NCBI GenBank assembly: GCA_012517115.1
Contig: JAAYVP010000023.1
Span: 1 to 47,156 of the forward strand
DNA from: Brooklawnia sp.
GTDB taxonomy: Bacteria; Actinomycetota; Actinomycetes; Propionibacteriales; Propionibacteriaceae
Direction: 5' to 3'
DNA: 47,156 bases
The number at the start of each line of letters is the position of its first letter. Positions within the stretch are counted from its first letter, which is position 1. A program made the position numbers and the translations under genes. The notes under the pieces are model-generated. The model ran no database searches, was not told the origin of the DNA, and was given only the letters and a program-made list of their open reading frames with translations. Of the stretch, positions 44,596 through 47,156 are shown piece after piece.

Positions 44596-45525
44596 TCAGG
44601 CCCATGACTCCGAGGTCAGCAGGTCCAATGCGGCCTTGAGGTCAGCCGGCGGTTCGGACTCGAAACTCACATACTGCCCGGTACCCGGATGCACGAATCC
44701 GAGACGCACCGCGTGCAGCCATTGCCGTTCCAGACCCAATCGCTCGGCCATGGTCGGATCGGCACCGTAGAGCACATCGCCGACGCAAGGATGCCCAATG
44801 GCCGCCAGATGCACCCTGATCTGGTGGGTTCGTCCCGTTTCGAGGTGCACCTCGAGCAACGCAGCAGCGCGCAGCAGTTCGATGGTCCGGTAGTGAGTGA
44901 CCGACCGACGCCCGCCATTGACCACCGCGAACTTCCAGTCATGGCCCGGATGGCGTCCGATCGGAGCATCGATGGTGCCCTCAGAAGGGTCAGGACGCCC
45001 CTGACAGAGCGCCCAGTAGGTCTTGTCGACACGACGGTCCCGGAAAGCCTGCTTCAACGCGCTGTACGCGTACTCGCTCTTAGCCACCACCATTAGCCCC
45101 GAGGTGCCCACATCCAAGCGCTGCACGATGCCCTGCCGCTCCGCGGCACCCGAGGTCGCCACCTGCACCCCGGCGGCTGCCAGGTGCGCCACCACATCGG
45201 GCCCGTCCCAGCCAAGCGAGGGATGGGCCGCGACACCGGCCGGCTTGTCAATCACCACCAGGTCGGAATCCTCGTATACGATGCGCAGCCCGTCCGCGAG
45301 CTCAGGCTGGACGCGGGGGTGGCGGACCGGCTCGCTGGTATCTACTTCCAACAGGTCCCCCGCTCTCACCCTGGCCGACGCCCGCACCACCTGACGGCCC
45401 GCCAACTCAACGCTCCCCGTGTCGATGAGGTCGGCGATGCGTGACCGAGTCAGGCCGGTCATGCGGGCCGCGGCCACATCGACCCGTTCGCCATCCAGCC
45501 CGTCCGGCACCAAGAGCAGCGTCAT
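44596..45525 (-). CDS. RluA/RluD-family pseudouridine synthase
   Basis: S4-like N-terminus, DKPAG, QRLDVGTSG (catalytic Asp), TGRTHQIRVH. Confidence 0.95.
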   Translation of the reverse strand: MTLLLVPDGLDGERVDVAAARMTGLTRSRIADLIDTGSVELAGRQVVRASARVRAGDLLEVDTSEPVRHPRVQPELADGLRIVYEDSDLVVIDKPAGVAAHPSLGWDGPDVVAHLAAAGVQVATSGAAERQGIVQRLDVGTSGLMVVAKSEYAYSALKQAFRDRRVDKTYWALCQGRPDPSEGTIDAPIGRHPGHDWKFAVVNGGRRSVTHYRTIELLRAAALLEVHLETGRTHQIRVHLAAIGHPCVGDVLYGADPTMAERLGLERQWLHAVRLGFVHPGTGQYVSFESEPPADLKAALDLLTSESWA

Positions 45526-46073
45526 CGACCGCGCTCCGCTCGAATGGACCAGATGACCAGCAGGATCGCTGCCCCGGTGATGCACATGTCGGCCACGTTG
45601 AAGATCGCGAAACCCGTCAGCGCAATGAAGTCGACCACGTGGCCCTGGAAAGGTCCCGGATCACGTAACAACCGATCGGTCAGATTGCCGGCGACACCGG
45701 CTATCAGCCAGCCGGTGGCCACTGCCAACAGCCAGTCGTTGACTCGGGGCGCCAGTACGGTGACCAGGATGACCACCACGACGAGTGCGAGCACAGCCAA
45801 CCCGACGGTGAGCTGGGTTCCCATGCTGAAGGCCGCACCCGGATTGAAATGCAGCGACCAGTACAGCAGGTCAGGCACCACCGGTACTGGTTCACCGACC
45901 ACCAGTCGCGTCGCGGCAAAGTGCTTGGTGACTTGGTCCGCCACGTACAGCGTCAGGACGAGTCCGCCCATCAGAAGCCGTTTGGGTAGCCGCGGCGGGC
46001 TGGTGCTGGTTGCGCCTGACACCACCCGCGGCGGCGCAGACGCGGTTATCGGCGCTCCTGACGCTGCTTGCAC
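45522..46073 (-). CDS. lspA: Lipoprotein signal peptidase II
   Basis: DQVTK, NPGAAFS, GNLTDR, VVDFI, IFNVAD; start uncertain. Confidence 0.95.
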   Translation of the reverse strand: MQAASGAPITASAPPRVVSGATSTSPPRLPKRLLMGGLVLTLYVADQVTKHFAATRLVVGEPVPVVPDLLYWSLHFNPGAAFSMGTQLTVGLAVLALVVVVILVTVLAPRVNDWLLAVATGWLIAGVAGNLTDRLLRDPGPFQGHVVDFIALTGFAIFNVADMCITGAAILLVIWSIRAERGR

Positions 46074-46468
46074 GACACGCACATGGTGGCCCGCGGGAAG
46101 GCCGCCAGCCGGAGCTTGCCGATCGGCTTGCCGCAGTTCTCGCAGTAGCCGTAGCTGCCATCATCGAGCATGCGCAACGCCTGCTCGATCTGCGCGAGCA
46201 GGCGCTTCTGGTTGTTCAGGAGGGAGAGTTCCTGATCGCGCTCGAAGTTGGACGAACCGACATCTGCAGGGTCGCGTCCGGCACCAACGCTGCCCTCGTT
46301 CATGAGTTCGGCAAGCTCCGCATCAGCGTGCGCTACCGCCATCCTCAGCCGGTCGCGCTCCGACTCCAGTTCGGCGCGTACCTCTGCGACCTCTTCGGCT
46401 GTCCACGGATCTTCACCGTCGAGAACGGGCAGAATGGGGACTGCGCCGCTTTCTGTCTTGCTGGCCAT
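46046..46468 (-). CDS. TraR/DksA C4-type zinc finger protein
   Basis: Coiled coil with DPADVG tip, GSYGYCENCGKPI, RLAAFPRATMCVSCK. Confidence 0.92.
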   Translation of the reverse strand: MASKTESGAVPILPVLDGEDPWTAEEVAEVRAELESERDRLRMAVAHADAELAELMNEGSVGAGRDPADVGSSNFERDQELSLLNNQKRLLAQIEQALRMLDDGSYGYCENCGKPIGKLRLAAFPRATMCVSCKQRQERR

Positions 46469-46548
46469 TCATCTCTCCCTAATGTGCGTTGCGGGAAGTG
46501 TACACCGCGTCATTTGCCGCGACACTCGGCCCGATAAGCAATAACGGT

Positions 46549-46607
46549 GCCGGGCGCAGATGAAGCGTCCCCACACCGAAGTGCAGGGACGCTTCAGATC
46601 GCCCGGC
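46549..46607 (-). terminator. Long hairpin after divIVA
   Basis: TGAAGCGTCCC/GGGACGCTTCA stem extended by GCCGGGCG/CGCCCGGC, capped by CAC-TTCG-GTG on the minus strand. Confidence 0.65.
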
Positions 46608-47156
46608 TCAGTTGAGTTCTTGGCGGCTCTCGTCGACCAGCGCGTCCAGTCGCGGAGTCGCGACCTGCGGTCGGCCGAAACCGTACATGGCATCAATATC
46701 AGGACGCTGAGTCGGATTCAGTTCGGTCTGCTCCAACTGATTGATCTGCGACTGCAGGAACCCGTTGAAGGCGCGCCGGTAATTCTCTTCGTAGTCGCGC
46801 AACTGGTTGACCCGGTCGACCAATGCATCGCGGTCAGTCTCAAGGCTGGCGAACAACTCGCTGCGACGCTCGCGCACCTCGTGGTCCAGCCGCTCGGCCC
46901 TGCCACGGGCCTCGCTGAGCAGCCGTTCGCTTTCTTGTCTGGTCTCGTTCTCGAGTTGTGCTACGCGGCTGCGGGTCTCGTTCTCGAGTTGCTCTGCGCG
47001 GCTCTTCGATTCGCGATCGAGTTGGTCTGCGCGGTCTTGGGCCTCGGCGGTGACCCGCTCCGCCTGCCCGGTCGCCTCGGCCAGGCGGTCCTGGGATTGC
47101 CGCTCAGCATCGCGCAACAGGGTCTCTGCCTGCTCGGTCGCTAGCTCGACCAGCCG
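46608..47156 (-). CDS. divIVA: DivIVA/Wag31-like coiled-coil protein, C-terminal part (5' end beyond the window)
   Basis: Ala/Glu/Arg-rich coiled coil, VNQLRDYEENYR...FLQSQINQL motif, position upstream of dksA-like-lspA. Confidence 0.8.
   Translation of the reverse strand, partial: RLVELATEQAETLLRDAERQSQDRLAEATGQAERVTAEAQDRADQLDRESKSRAEQLENETRSRVAQLENETRQESERLLSEARGRAERLDHEVRERRSELFASLETDRDALVDRVNQLRDYEENYRRAFNGFLQSQINQLEQTELNPTQRPDIDAMYGFGRPQVATPRLDALVDESRQELN
46941..47006 (-). repeat. 33-bp tandem duplication inside divIVA
   Basis: GGTCTCGTTCTCGAGTTG at 46941 and 46974; encodes SRAEQLENETR / SRVAQLENETR. Confidence 0.85.

Overview
High-GC actinobacterial chromosome segment (gene content and order suggest Propionibacteriaceae; this is inference). 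It is mostly core genome: dinB-folA-thyA-rdgB-rph, a lactate utilisation locus (lutCBA, permease, FadR/LldR-type regulator), murI-DUF2017-clpS, a gluconokinase-like kinase plus tal-zwf-opcA-pgl, rbpA-secG-tpiA-pgk-gap, whiA-yvcK-rapZ-uvrC-uvrA, terC, uvrB, coaE, rpsA, a class F sortase, polA, an ANTAR response regulator, tRNA-Leu(CAA), pyk, rluA-lspA-dksA-like and divIVA. I saw no mobile element, CRISPR array or clearly novel multi-gene system. The best signals lie outside the ORF track. (1) A hollowed-out FAD/Fe-S D-lactate dehydrogenase gene, with only its N- and C-terminal stubs fused out of frame, still sits behind a promoter, RBS and LldR-type operator. (2) Three TGGTCNRACCA-type operators outline the lactate regulon. 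(3) A shared TGTCGG-N10-TANNNT (RecA-NDp/PafBC-type) promoter lies in front of polA, uvrB and uvrA. (4) A yybP-ykoY Mn2+ riboswitch with a visible anti-SD precedes terC. (5) rpsA has a long structured leader. (6) An unannotated 32-codon ORF is coupled to pyk. (7) An orphan zinc-ribbon gene follows the tRNA. All assignments come from reading motifs by eye; no searches were run.
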